From the sequence record PP400788: a stretch of DNA of 64,000 nucleotides. One strand, given 5' to 3'. Source of the stretch: Escherichia phage FL33. The notes under the pieces are model-generated. The model saw only the letters and a list, made by a program, of their open reading frames with translations, ran no database searches and had not been told where the DNA came from. The stretch's first letter is position 1. Each line of letters starts with the position of its first letter. Both the position numbers and the translations under genes were made by a program. This document shows, piece by piece, positions 41,268 through 51,487 of this stretch.

Positions 41268-43445
41268 TTAGGCCGCAAGGGCCTTCATAGTTTTAGCGAT
41301 TTGGGAAACTTCATCATCACTTAAAGAGTTGCGATAACCGATGAAGTCGGAAACAATACGGAATTTCTTGGTAAACTCAGCAACCATTTTATCACTGTTT
41401 TTTGAAGCATTATTTGATAATACATCAAAAAGATTAGTTACTGTCCAGATGTCATGACCGATGGTATCTTTTCCACCGTTGAAATATACACCCTGTAATG
41501 AACTAACCATATTAGCGAGTCGTGTATATTCTTCAGAAACTTCATCTACACTGAAGTACTTCATCATAAAATCTAGTTCAGGATACTTAATAATTTTATC
41601 AATATATCGTTTAGCTGAACTTGAATAACCTACATACTTATCATAATCTACATCATCAAAAGCATCTACATATAAATCACGCAGAGTTTCAAAAATACAT
41701 TGGCACTGACCAAGTTCTTTTACCTTTTTCTGCAAAAGCGGACGAATAACATAAAATTCATTAATGCCAATAAGATTAGCCATACGAGTCAAAATACTCG
41801 TAGATGGATGACAAAGCGATGTAGTACCATCCATAGAGAAAATATCAGAACGATGCATGTATGCTACATAACCAGTAATTTCATCTGCTTCTGACGTAAG
41901 TGTAAACAGTTCCTCTTTTTCCCAGCGCCCGTCTTTAATTTCAAACTTAAATGCAGTAACAGCTTTAGGACGAGGAGCTTTACTTTTAACTGCCTTCGGA
42001 ATATAACTTTTAACTAAATCTTCAATTTCTGACAAATAATGAATGTTAACTTCATCACTTTCAAACATTGCCATAATATCAGGAAGCAAATCAATCTGCG
42101 ATTCTACTTCCGGATTAATAAACAGAAGACGCTCATTGTGATGAATATTTAAGGTGTTATTAAATTCATTATCATCTAACGCACGTGCTAATCCACGGAC
42201 AATATTAACACGATTTTTAATATTATCAATGACGATATTAATTTTTGTTGTGTTAATACCAAACAGACGATAACTTGATGCAACGGCTGAAGTTTCATGG
42301 CTTTGCTTAATGCGTTTCAGTCGAGGGTCAAGATTTACTTCATACACAACCCCTGCATTGCATAACTTACTGTCAGGCTCAAACATGCTCTGCATCTTCT
42401 TATATGACAGATTTTTAGTCGTGAATTTGACCGAATTACTAATCATATAATCTCGAGCAGAATATCCCATCTTCATCAATTCACGGTATGTATGACGAGG
42501 AGATGTAGATTCTTTAAATCGTTTTACATCTTCATTAAATGCCTTCTCACTAAGCTCTTTAACACGCTCAATAATATTTTTACGAGTACGATCATCTAGT
42601 GAAAGAGCCTCACGCGATGGAGCAATATCAAGTGAACCCATTGGAAACTTAATGTAATTCACTTCATTGCGAATGCTTAACCAGTTACGGTCTCTAATAA
42701 CGCCATCAATAGGATAAACAATACCACCATAGATAGCATATAATCCACCACGATCTGGCCAGTATCTTTCTGGATTTACACCATAATAATCATCAAAATC
42801 CGGAAAATAATCAATTTCACGGTCAAGACCGTTAATGATAGCTAAATCTTTGAATGGTCGCATGATATAAGAAACTTCATAAGCAAAGTTTTTAAAGTCT
42901 TTTTCTTCAACTGGAACTACGATTTCAATACCAGTTTTATCGTCTGGACCCATTTCCTTTACGAATGTAGGTTTAATCTGCGGACCGTCACCATCCATAT
43001 AAGCTACATAACCGCGAATTTCACCTTTATGGTACGAAGTAATACTAAACGTATCAGTATAACTAAACGGAGATTTAGAACCTAAACCAAATCCACCAAT
43101 GAAATCGTTAGATTCAGCCTTAGATGAACTAAAGTATGAATTATACAACCCAGGAGAATTATCATCACCTTGAATATCAAAATCACTCATACCTGGACCA
43201 AAGTCTCGACAAACAAATCGTGGGTCTAATCGTCCTGGAACTTGAATGATAAATTTTTCAGGATTTCCATTAAGAGCATGGGCATCAATCATGTTGGTAA
43301 TCAATTCACGGACTACTGCGCGAATCTTGTTTGTATACAAATCAGATGATAGAATTTTAAATACTTTAGGAGATGCTGTGATGCTAAATGCTTTTGATTT
43401 AGAACCATTACCAAGAATTGTTTCTTTTTCAGTGGTGATAATCAT
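41268..43445 (-). CDS. rIIA: rIIA
   Basis: 725-aa ORF with N-terminal GHKL-type ATPase-like motifs (ELITNMIDA, GxGxG); T4 rIIA is 725 aa. Confidence 0.9.
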   Translation of the reverse strand: MIITTEKETILGNGSKSKAFSITASPKVFKILSSDLYTNKIRAVVRELITNMIDAHALNGNPEKFIIQVPGRLDPRFVCRDFGPGMSDFDIQGDDNSPGLYNSYFSSSKAESNDFIGGFGLGSKSPFSYTDTFSITSYHKGEIRGYVAYMDGDGPQIKPTFVKEMGPDDKTGIEIVVPVEEKDFKNFAYEVSYIMRPFKDLAIINGLDREIDYFPDFDDYYGVNPERYWPDRGGLYAIYGGIVYPIDGVIRDRNWLSIRNEVNYIKFPMGSLDIAPSREALSLDDRTRKNIIERVKELSEKAFNEDVKRFKESTSPRHTYRELMKMGYSARDYMISNSVKFTTKNLSYKKMQSMFEPDSKLCNAGVVYEVNLDPRLKRIKQSHETSAVASSYRLFGINTTKINIVIDNIKNRVNIVRGLARALDDNEFNNTLNIHHNERLLFINPEVESQIDLLPDIMAMFESDEVNIHYLSEIEDLVKSYIPKAVKSKAPRPKAVTAFKFEIKDGRWEKEELFTLTSEADEITGYVAYMHRSDIFSMDGTTSLCHPSTSILTRMANLIGINEFYVIRPLLQKKVKELGQCQCIFETLRDLYVDAFDDVDYDKYVGYSSSAKRYIDKIIKYPELDFMMKYFSVDEVSEEYTRLANMVSSLQGVYFNGGKDTIGHDIWTVTNLFDVLSNNASKNSDKMVAEFTKKFRIVSDFIGYRNSLSDDEVSQIAKTMKALAA

Positions 43446-43455
43446 AATTTCCTCA

Positions 43456-43659
43456 TTAATTCATATTGCGTTTAATAACTTCAGCAACTTCTAGTAGTTC
43501 ATCTTTAGTTGCGGTGTCGGATTGAATTTTATCTCTAATATCCTTAAAGCGGTTTTTAAACTCTTCGGCTTCTCCCATATCGAAAAAGCGTTGAATGATT
43601 CTATATTCTCGATGAACTGCTTTATCAAAAAGTTCTAAATTTACTCTATATGATTTCAT
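43456..43659 (-). CDS. hypothetical protein (positional equivalent of T4 rIIA.1)
   Basis: 67-aa ORF downstream of early promoter 43685-43714. Confidence 0.55.
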   Translation of the reverse strand: MKSYRVNLELFDKAVHREYRIIQRFFDMGEAEEFKNRFKDIRDKIQSDTATKDELLEVAEVIKRNMN

Positions 43660-43684
43660 TTCAATATCCTCATTTGCCCAATTA

Positions 43685-43714
43685 ATTATACCACATCCTT
43701 GTGGTAAAGTAAAC
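43685..43714 (-). promoter_or_regulatory. T4-type early promoter upstream of rIIA.1/rIIA
   Basis: GTTTAC ... 18 nt ... TGnTATAAT on minus strand. Confidence 0.6.
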
Positions 43715-45534
43715 TATTGGCTCATCCATTCTTTACGAAGGTCAGCATTATCTCCCATGAGCATTTCAAAAAGCTCTTTCCAGTTCTCAGGAAGTTTAAC
43801 AACATCATATACTGGGTTTTGAATCATCTCACGATATTCAGATTTTTCCAAAGAGCCAAGTCCCTTAATATAACGGATGCTATGTTTAGGTAGAGCATCT
43901 TTAGCACTCTCATATTCAGCGACTGTATAAAACCATTCTTGTTTTTTACCGACCTGAGCGATGATTACAGGAGTTTTGACAAAGCGAATTCTTCCTTGTT
44001 CAAACAGTTCTGGCCAATTACTAAAAAATCCGAGCAGAGAAGGATAAATGCTTCCTAGACCATCATGGTCAGCATCAGTCATAATAGCAATATTATGATA
44101 ATTCAAGTTTTCGGCTTTTTCACCAAGAACTAATCCAGTGATTGCGCAAATATCAAACAGCTCTTTGTTTTTAAGCATATCAGCATATGACATACCCCAG
44201 CTGTTAAGAACTTTACCACGCAATGGATAACCGCCATGAAGTTCTTTATCACGAACATCAATAAGATATCCGATAGCAGAATCACCCTCAGTCAAGAAAA
44301 GAGTAGTGTCAGCATCTTTACCGCAAAGATTCGCTTTAATATGTTTGTGAACCTTAGCTTTAGAGGCCTTTTTAGCTGCTTTAGTTTCTGCTGCTTTTTC
44401 TGCCGCCAATTTACGAGCTAATGCTGCTTCAACAATAGGCATAATCAAGGCTTCGTTTTTAAGAAGTGCCTGAGCAATTTTCTTAGCATCTAATTGGATA
44501 TGATTACGAATATCACCATACGTTGACGTTAAACGTTCTTTAGTCTGAGAATCAAAACGCATGTTGCTCATGTCTCTAATAAACATCAACATTGTGAGAC
44601 ATTCTTTAACACGAGCTTTAGTGACTTCAATACCCTTATATTTCTTTTTAATACCAGGCAAAAGATGTTCACAGATATCATCCATTACACATTCAACATG
44701 ATGACCACCATTTTTAGTATGGATGTTATTCACATAAGTTAAATGACGGAAGCCATCTGGTGATGTTGTGAATGCTATAGAGACTTTATCATTTTCTTGA
44801 ATGATGTTATCTTCGCCAAATTGTTTAGCAAATCGTTTAAAATTACCATCAACCTTTTTACCATTAAATGTGAACTTGATATCAGGATAAACGACTGCCA
44901 ATGTTTGAAGTCGGTCTAAAGTAATATCTAAATAAATTTGAGATAAATTATGCTCTTCAAATGAAGAGAAATCAGGAGTGAAGATTACTTTAGTGCCTTT
45001 ACCTTTAGATTTCTTAGAAGACCATGATTTGTTTTCCATTCCGTTTGAACAGTTAACAGTGATTTCGTTTTCGCCATCTGACGTGATGCCTGTAAACAAC
45101 GTAGAGAAGATATTAGTTAAACTACTCCCGACGCCGTTCATACCACCAGTCTTGCGTTCAGAGTCATCACCAAAGTTACCACCGGCCTTTGGAATAGTCC
45201 AGGCTGCTACAGGCCCAGGAATTTGTTCACCCGTTTGGTCGGTAACTAAACCTTGAGGAATACCACGTCCGTTATCTTCCACCGAAACTTGATTATTTTT
45301 AATTTGCACATCAATTTTATTTGCAAACTTAAATGATGTACGAATAGCTTCATCAACCGAGTTGTCAATAATCTCATCGATTAATTTAACCAGGCCAGGA
45401 ACATATTCAACTTGTTGATATTTACCAAACAAAAAACGCTCGTGGGCTTCTTTAGCCGAAGAACCAATATACATACCACTACGTTTCTTAATATGTTCTA
45501 CATCTGACAATACCTTAATTTCATTTTTAATCAT
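43714..45534 (-). CDS. 39: topoisomerase II large subunit (GyrB-like ATPase), intact single ORF
   Basis: 606-aa ORF with GHKL ATPase, TOPRIM and C-terminal region in one frame (T4 splits this into gene 39 plus gene 60). Confidence 0.9.
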   Translation of the reverse strand: MIKNEIKVLSDVEHIKKRSGMYIGSSAKEAHERFLFGKYQQVEYVPGLVKLIDEIIDNSVDEAIRTSFKFANKIDVQIKNNQVSVEDNGRGIPQGLVTDQTGEQIPGPVAAWTIPKAGGNFGDDSERKTGGMNGVGSSLTNIFSTLFTGITSDGENEITVNCSNGMENKSWSSKKSKGKGTKVIFTPDFSSFEEHNLSQIYLDITLDRLQTLAVVYPDIKFTFNGKKVDGNFKRFAKQFGEDNIIQENDKVSIAFTTSPDGFRHLTYVNNIHTKNGGHHVECVMDDICEHLLPGIKKKYKGIEVTKARVKECLTMLMFIRDMSNMRFDSQTKERLTSTYGDIRNHIQLDAKKIAQALLKNEALIMPIVEAALARKLAAEKAAETKAAKKASKAKVHKHIKANLCGKDADTTLFLTEGDSAIGYLIDVRDKELHGGYPLRGKVLNSWGMSYADMLKNKELFDICAITGLVLGEKAENLNYHNIAIMTDADHDGLGSIYPSLLGFFSNWPELFEQGRIRFVKTPVIIAQVGKKQEWFYTVAEYESAKDALPKHSIRYIKGLGSLEKSEYREMIQNPVYDVVKLPENWKELFEMLMGDNADLRKEWMSQ

Positions 45535-45597
45535 GTTGTCTCCTCGTTATGAAGGTATTCTATCATCCTAAATCTAAAGCAAAAAGGGCCGAAGCCC

Positions 45598-46020
45598 TTA
45601 TTTAAATTTAATTTTCTGAAGTGCATCAATTGCAGCCAAACGCCCTTGTTCACTTTTAACTGTAATGACCACATCGCCTGATACAATCACAGAACCATCA
45701 ACAAATTCTATAGAGCCTTTTTTGAAATCGACAGCTGTATCTGGTTCCGGAACTTCTTCAAAGAATTTAAATTCTGCACCATAAAGCAGAATATCACCTT
45801 GCATACTAATGATTGTACGTCCAGGTCCATCGGTTTCAGCGGCAATCATTGAAACACCATAACCAATCATCTCTTCTACAATAAAATCTCTTGATAATAA
45901 AACTGTATGCAGAGTAGTGTTAAGACGTTTACCAGTCGTATTAAGAATTCTCAAGAAATTATCTTCCTGTCCTTTGATAATACGATATTTCTTACCAACT
46001 TCAAAACCTTTAAAAGCCAT
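45598..46020 (-). CDS. hypothetical protein (positional equivalent of T4 39.1)
   Basis: 140-aa ORF. Confidence 0.55.
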   Translation of the reverse strand: MAFKGFEVGKKYRIIKGQEDNFLRILNTTGKRLNTTLHTVLLSRDFIVEEMIGYGVSMIAAETDGPGRTIISMQGDILLYGAEFKFFEEVPEPDTAVDFKKGSIEFVDGSVIVSGDVVITVKSEQGRLAAIDALQKIKFK

Positions 46021-46022
46021 AA

Positions 46023-46202
46023 TTAACCCTTCTTAAGTAAGTCGTAAAATCCACCATTCACATGCTTAGGAGCAGAAGGCCGACGAGTAGACAAACGATG
46101 ACATTTAGGGCAAACATCATTTTCTCGTTCAGAAATCTTTTTAATTTTTTCATATTCATGCCCGCAATCTTCGGATTGGCATTTATAATCATACATTGGC
46201 AT
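46023..46202 (-). CDS. FmdB-type zinc-ribbon protein (sub-threshold ORF)
   Basis: 59-aa ORF MPMYDYKCQSEDCGHEYEKIKKISERENDVCPKCH... with CxxC...CxxC ribbon. Confidence 0.5.
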   Translation of the reverse strand: MPMYDYKCQSEDCGHEYEKIKKISERENDVCPKCHRLSTRRPSAPKHVNGGFYDLLKKG

Positions 46203-46204
46203 AA

Positions 46205-46624
46205 TTATTCCTTAAAGTGCGCTTTCAGCATCTGATACAAGGACCATGCTTGTTCGTTATTTTCAATAGTAACTTTCATTACCGGGAATTCTGTGAAATC
46301 TTCTATTTGTTCTTGCTCTTCCTGCTCTTGTTCTTCAGCTGCCTGGTATGGATTTTCAACTTCATCAAAGAACCCAGCTTCACTTTTTGAAAGCCAAATA
46401 AAGTCTTCATCCAAAACATCTTTATCAGGAGATAGTACTAAATTTCCAGTAGATGACAAAATTTTAATAGGACGCCCAAGAGCGTCCACATCTAAAATTT
46501 TAAAAGGATACATACCTAAACGGCGCGCATAAATTCCGTTATTAATATGGTCTTTAATAAAATTTTCTTGAGCTTGTTTATTTTTAAATTGATACCATTT
46601 ATTAACTTCAAATCTAATAGCCAT
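46205..46624 (-). CDS. hypothetical acidic protein (possibly goF equivalent)
   Basis: 139-aa ORF with [10 protein letters not shown] acidic run; name unverified. Confidence 0.5.
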   Translation of the reverse strand: MAIRFEVNKWYQFKNKQAQENFIKDHINNGIYARRLGMYPFKILDVDALGRPIKILSSTGNLVLSPDKDVLDEDFIWLSKSEAGFFDEVENPYQAAEEQEQEEQEQIEDFTEFPVMKVTIENNEQAWSLYQMLKAHFKE

Positions 46625-46839
46625 TAATAAATTTCCTTCCAGTAAGTTGTGCCATCTTCAGTAATTTCACGAAATACGCCGTAAATTGGCTGTTTATCAC
46701 CAACCTTTTCATAAACATAAACCGAAGTCAAGTGAGTAAACTTAATGGTGTGTTCCTTTTGAACCACTACCAAATCTGGATCGAATAATACATCTTCAAA
46801 TTCGTCATTAGTGCATTTCTGAACAGTTTTACGTTTCAT
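46624..46839 (-). CDS. hypothetical protein (possibly cef equivalent)
   Basis: 71-aa ORF; name unverified. Confidence 0.5.
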   Translation of the reverse strand: MKRKTVQKCTNDEFEDVLFDPDLVVVQKEHTIKFTHLTSVYVYEKVGDKQPIYGVFREITEDGTTYWKEIY

Positions 46840-47110
46840 TACAATTTCCTCATTAATTGAACAGTGGAGCGATGCGTTTCAGAAGAGTAGCAGCACCTTT
46901 GGCAAATTTTCCATTTTATTCTCCAAGTTGTTTTCTGTATCAGTAGTTGATATTGATATAGTACCATAATCAACTACTGATGTATATAGTTTTATGAAAA
47001 AAATTTTAAACTTTATGCATAGAGAGCTTTGCTATAATGTTTAATCCAACTTTCAGGAATGACTTTGTATGTTCCTAAAAATACCACGTTATACAACTTA
47101 ACACCGTCTT

Positions 47111-47500
47111 CTACCCACTGATGGTAATGTATCCACACATAGCACGAGTATAAACAGCCTTTCCATCATCTGGGATGAATTTAAATTCACAAGGAGCAAT
47201 GAACTTAATAGATTGACCGAGTTTCCACTTAAAGTCTACACCTACATGCGAAGTATCAATCGTTTCAATTCCTTTAGCGGGAACAGCTTTCAAAAACGCA
47301 GATTCAAGAAATTTCGCACGAACATAGCCAAACTGAGGTTTAGACTTTCCATCTTTAGGAATGATACGCACTTTTACTTCAGAATCTTCATCTTTAACAC
47401 CATGCTTAAGCTGAATGCTTACAATTTCGACCAATTTTCCTGCTGCTTTAGAACGGGATTTATCAGATACACGAGCAATTTCACCAATATTAATAATCAT
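47111..47500 (-). CDS. hypothetical protein
   Basis: 129-aa ORF. Confidence 0.55.
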   Translation of the reverse strand: MIINIGEIARVSDKSRSKAAGKLVEIVSIQLKHGVKDEDSEVKVRIIPKDGKSKPQFGYVRAKFLESAFLKAVPAKGIETIDTSHVGVDFKWKLGQSIKFIAPCEFKFIPDDGKAVYTRAMCGYITISG

Positions 47501-47576
47501 AGTTATCTCTCACTTGTTAAAAAGATTTTATACTCCACAGGACCATTATACTCTGGTCCCAAGAGTTTGTAAACTA

Positions 47577-48110
47577 TTAATTTAAAATAGCTACCACCGC
47601 ACTACGAGGTACTACGCTAAAATCACCTGCATGAACAACGTTCAGAAGTTCAACGCCATCTTCAATCCACTGGTCTGTTACCCAACCACAGACCGAAATA
47701 AATGGAGTCTTGATAGCTACCGCATGAGTTAGAAGGTCAGTAGGATCGCATTCTTGAAAGAGGATGAACTCTGCTTCATAAACCAGGTTTTTCTCTATTT
47801 TGTTATTGTCTAAACGACGACCGTGGACAATATAAGATTTAGTAAACCATTTACTTTTTTCAAAATCTTCAACAATAAATTCACCTTCGCCAAAAACATC
47901 AGTCAGAATTTTATGGCCGGAAATCAAGGCATTAGTTTTAATTTCAGGTTCAACCAATTTGTAGGTTTTGCCGATTTCAATAGCGGTAGTCATAGTAGTT
48001 TCCTTAATTTCCAGTGGTTTAACAGGGCATACATAAGTGCTTACAACATCAAAATCAATCAGTTTAGTTACCGGATTTGGTATGTATTCAGGATTATAAT
48101 TAAATTTCAT
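47577..48110 (-). CDS. hypothetical protein
   Basis: 177-aa ORF. Confidence 0.55.
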   Translation of the reverse strand: MKFNYNPEYIPNPVTKLIDFDVVSTYVCPVKPLEIKETTMTTAIEIGKTYKLVEPEIKTNALISGHKILTDVFGEGEFIVEDFEKSKWFTKSYIVHGRRLDNNKIEKNLVYEAEFILFQECDPTDLLTHAVAIKTPFISVCGWVTDQWIEDGVELLNVVHAGDFSVVPRSAVVAILN

Positions 48111-48112
48111 AA

Positions 48113-48610
48113 TTATCTCATTTCAATAAAATCTACGAGTTCAGCATGCGATTTGCGGAACATTACTTGATGCCCACCAATGATAACTTCATCTTCAGGA
48201 ACTTCGTATACAGCAAGATAAAATCCTTTAGAAGATAATTCTTCACGCTCTTCTCGTGTGAACCATCTCATCATATCATATTCACTAGCGAAAGCAAAAT
48301 GATAAAGAGCTATAAACCATCCTGGAATATGATATTCTACTCCAACATAATCTTTCTTGAACTTAGTATTAATTACTATATTAGCGTTTTTAACTAATAG
48401 TTTATCTTCGTGCGGTAAAGGAATTCTTTTATTATCGCTATGATGCATAAAATTAGGTCTGTCATAACCTACGTGTAATAGCCACTCTTCGCTCCATGAA
48501 TCTATTATACTCCTGTACGGCGTTATTTGAACACAAAGATTTCGACGTATTGTTATAGCATCTTCATAATCAAGAATACTAAACGATGATTCAACACGAT
48601 AAATTTTCAT
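48113..48610 (-). CDS. hypothetical protein
   Basis: 165-aa ORF downstream of early promoter 48638-48667. Confidence 0.55.
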   Translation of the reverse strand: MKIYRVESSFSILDYEDAITIRRNLCVQITPYRSIIDSWSEEWLLHVGYDRPNFMHHSDNKRIPLPHEDKLLVKNANIVINTKFKKDYVGVEYHIPGWFIALYHFAFASEYDMMRWFTREEREELSSKGFYLAVYEVPEDEVIIGGHQVMFRKSHAELVDFIEMR

Positions 48611-48637
48611 TTTATTATCCTCAGTAGCTATGGTGTT

Positions 48638-48667
48638 ATAATACCATAACTAACCGAGGAAGTAAAC
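48638..48667 (-). promoter_or_regulatory. T4-type early promoter
   Basis: GTTTAC ... TGnTATTAT on minus strand. Confidence 0.55.
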
Positions 48668-48673
48668 AACTTT

Positions 48674-49357
48674 TTATCGTTTAGTTGGAAGAGATAGAGG
48701 ATCGCATTCTTCCTCTGATGGAGCGTCTTCAAGACCCATAGCATATCGCAAAGCATACTTCATCATCAGGATGTCTTTCGCACAGTCATGAATAGAATCA
48801 TGTGCAACGAATCCATCTAAAGTTCCCTTTGGAAGAGGACACGTGGTCATATCACGAACAAGCAGAAGTGCTTCAATTCTGGTACGAATATCACGCTGAT
48901 TCCAGAATTTACATGGTTCTAATTTAAATGTGTCAAGTTCATTCTCAGAAACGCCATTAAGACGTTGAATATCGCGAATGAGATCGACTAAAATTGGAAA
49001 ATCAAACGACATTCCACGGCACCAGCCTTGAGATTTCCAAGGATCGATATTATGCGCATTGATATAATCATTAAATTTTGCAATACCATCGATAGTGCTT
49101 ACATCTTCATCTGATGGTGCAATATTTTTTCGAGCTTCAGGAGACTGATTTTTCCACCATTCGATAGTGCTTTTAGTAAAAAGACGATGTCCTTTTTGGC
49201 TTTTTAAATCAAATTTGATTTTAATGCCACGTGAAACTAATTCATCAAATGTTTCAACCACTTCTGGGTTAGGGTCAAAGGCAATAACAGCCAAATCAAT
49301 AACAGCTGCTTTTTCACCACTTCCCATTGTTTCAAAATCTATAATAAAATCAAACAT
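48674..49357 (-). CDS. dexA: exonuclease A (DEDDh 3'-5' exonuclease)
   Basis: 227-aa ORF MFDFIIDFETMGSGEKAAVIDLAVIAF... with DEDD-type exonuclease motifs; T4 DexA is 227 aa. Confidence 0.88.
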   Translation of the reverse strand: MFDFIIDFETMGSGEKAAVIDLAVIAFDPNPEVVETFDELVSRGIKIKFDLKSQKGHRLFTKSTIEWWKNQSPEARKNIAPSDEDVSTIDGIAKFNDYINAHNIDPWKSQGWCRGMSFDFPILVDLIRDIQRLNGVSENELDTFKLEPCKFWNQRDIRTRIEALLLVRDMTTCPLPKGTLDGFVAHDSIHDCAKDILMMKYALRYAMGLEDAPSEEECDPLSLPTKR

Positions 49358-49632
49358 TAAATTTTCCTTGCTAAATCGCGAATTTGACCTATAGTATAGT
49401 CTTGAATATAAACTTTATTAATAGGTTCATCAATAAATTTTGCCATAGATTCAATATCTTTTTGCATCTCTTCAAGACTGTATATTATCTTTAAAGCTTT
49501 TTCGCGAATGGTAATATTTTCAGGACCAGAATTTTTCTCAATGACGGCTTTAACATTTGTCATAAGAGATTTAAACTGACGCCAACTTAATTCAATCATT
49601 AATAACCGCCTTATAAAGATGGCTAATTTCAC
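49357..49632 (-). CDS. hypothetical protein (dda-dexA interval)
   Basis: 91-aa ORF. Confidence 0.5.
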   Translation of the reverse strand: MKLAIFIRRLLMIELSWRQFKSLMTNVKAVIEKNSGPENITIREKALKIIYSLEEMQKDIESMAKFIDEPINKVYIQDYTIGQIRDLARKI

Positions 49633-49852
49633 CTAAAATGTAATCACTGATTGTAACAGTTTTTACTTCACCACAAAAGAATTCTAACGCAATCAAATCT
49701 CGTTCAATTTCTTCTAGTTGAAGCATTAACTTGCCTGATTTAATTTTTACATTTGTACGATTTTTACTATAAGCTATTTCATAAATTTCGCTTACTTTAT
49801 CTTGAAGTAAATAAAACTGGTCTTTAGTTATTTCCACGAATAGCTTCCTCAA
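49592..49852 (-). CDS. hypothetical protein (dda-dexA interval)
   Basis: 86-aa ORF; similar sequence architecture to the adjacent 91-aa ORF (possible tandem paralogues). Confidence 0.5.
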   Translation of the reverse strand: MRKLFVEITKDQFYLLQDKVSEIYEIAYSKNRTNVKIKSGKLMLQLEEIERDLIALEFFCGEVKTVTISDYILGEISHLYKAVIND

Positions 49853-49858
49853 ATTTAA

Positions 49859-51178
49859 TCATACATAAAACACATCATAACGACCACGTGTTACACCAAC
49901 ATAAAGAAGCTGCTGAGCTAGTTCAGCATCTGCATAATGAATACAAGGCGTATAGATGAAAGCACGATCTACAGACATGCCCTGAGCTTTATGGAATGTT
50001 GACGCAGGAAGTGCTTTCACTTTACTAAACTGTGATTTAGCATCCCAAAAATCACTCCATGGAGCCTTTCCGCCTTTATTCCAATTTTTGTAAGTTTCTG
50101 CAGTTTTACCTAAAAATAAGTTAAACTTATACAGCTCTTCATCAGATGAAATTATTTTAATCTTTTCACGATAATATTCATCATCGCCGTAAGTTTCTAC
50201 TGTTAAATCCCAATAACGAATTAGATATTCTCCAGGAACACCACGAGCTTTAACAAATGTTGATGTATACTCTGCTTCTATAATACGAACTAATTGTCCG
50301 TTATTAAAAATAATTTCTGACACAGGCTTTCCATCAATTTTATATGTTTTAATTAACGGTTCCTGCATTACAATAATTTCACCGACAATAAAATCTTTAT
50401 CAGTTTCAAAAATCTTTTTACGAATAATGCTATTTAACTTATCAACAGATTTATTCGTAAATGCCATTACACGATTTTCAAACAAATCATCTAGCGATTT
50501 GACGATTGAAAAATAATTTACCATAAAATCGCGTAAAGCGGTATCACCGGTAAATCCACGTACTCCATGCCCATCAATAATTTTATCATAAATCCACTTA
50601 CCGTTACGAACATCAGTAGCTACATCAATAATAGGAGCATTACTGCGTTTAACTTCAGTGAGTTCACACTGATAAAAATCTTTGTGTGTAAAGAATGGAC
50701 TGATATAAGCAGTGTTTTCTCCTGGGTCAACAGGTCTAATTTGCTTATTATCGCCTATTCCAATTATAGTACACCAAGGTGGAATAGTTGAAAGCAGAAT
50801 TTTAAATAGCTTTCTATCATACATTGATACTTCGTCGCAGATTAATACTCTGCATTTAGCTAAATCCGGTACTTCTTTTTGTTCAAAAAGAACGTTTTCT
50901 TCGTATGTTACTGGGTTAATTTTAAGAATACTGTGAATAGTACTCGCTTCTTTCCCTGATAGTTTTGAAAGAATCTTTTTAGCTGCATGAGTAGGAGCTG
51001 CTAAAATAATGCCAGTTTCGCCCGTAGATATTAAGGCTTCAATGATGAACTTAGTAAGAGTAGTCTTACCGGTACCAGCAGGTCCATTAATAGTTACATG
51101 ATGTTTCTTTTCTTTGATAGCCCTCATAACGATGTTAAAGGCATTTTTCTGGCCTTCTGTCAAATCATCAAATGTCAT
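49859..51178 (-). CDS. dda: Dda SF1B DNA helicase
   Basis: 439-aa ORF with Walker A GPAGTGKT and helicase motifs; T4 Dda is 439 aa. Confidence 0.92.
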   Translation of the reverse strand: MTFDDLTEGQKNAFNIVMRAIKEKKHHVTINGPAGTGKTTLTKFIIEALISTGETGIILAAPTHAAKKILSKLSGKEASTIHSILKINPVTYEENVLFEQKEVPDLAKCRVLICDEVSMYDRKLFKILLSTIPPWCTIIGIGDNKQIRPVDPGENTAYISPFFTHKDFYQCELTEVKRSNAPIIDVATDVRNGKWIYDKIIDGHGVRGFTGDTALRDFMVNYFSIVKSLDDLFENRVMAFTNKSVDKLNSIIRKKIFETDKDFIVGEIIVMQEPLIKTYKIDGKPVSEIIFNNGQLVRIIEAEYTSTFVKARGVPGEYLIRYWDLTVETYGDDEYYREKIKIISSDEELYKFNLFLGKTAETYKNWNKGGKAPWSDFWDAKSQFSKVKALPASTFHKAQGMSVDRAFIYTPCIHYADAELAQQLLYVGVTRGRYDVFYV

Positions 51179-51486
51179 CGTAAATTCCCTGCAATTGGTA
51201 TACTAACAATACGCCCAGTATCTAAAATTCGCCGATATAATCTTTGTGTGTCTACATCAGGCTTAACGTGTTTAACTTCTATTTTATTAAACCAAAACTT
51301 ACGTGGAGTCTCAACTAATCTCGGAATTCCCATACCTAAAGCTAGTTGATACTGCTCTTTAAGAGTTGTAAATACTTTATCAGCAATCTCCCTTTCAAAA
51401 AATACAGCAGGGCGATGTTCATCAAGAGGAACAGGCACCGCAAATCCATCTTTATCTCTATACACTATCGCGTATACATAAAACAT
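51175..51486 (-). CDS. hypothetical protein (positional equivalent of T4 dda.1)
   Basis: 103-aa ORF overlapping dda start. Confidence 0.55.
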   Translation of the reverse strand: MFYVYAIVYRDKDGFAVPVPLDEHRPAVFFEREIADKVFTTLKEQYQLALGMGIPRLVETPRKFWFNKIEVKHVKPDVDTQRLYRRILDTGRIVSIPIAGNLR

Positions 51487-51487
51487 A

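Noticed and set aside
47010-47050. Plus-strand sigma70-like promoter (TTTATG ... TATAAT) near 47020
   Set aside because: No plus-strand ORF downstream; the region is between minus-strand early genes and the match is probably fortuitous in A/T-rich DNA.
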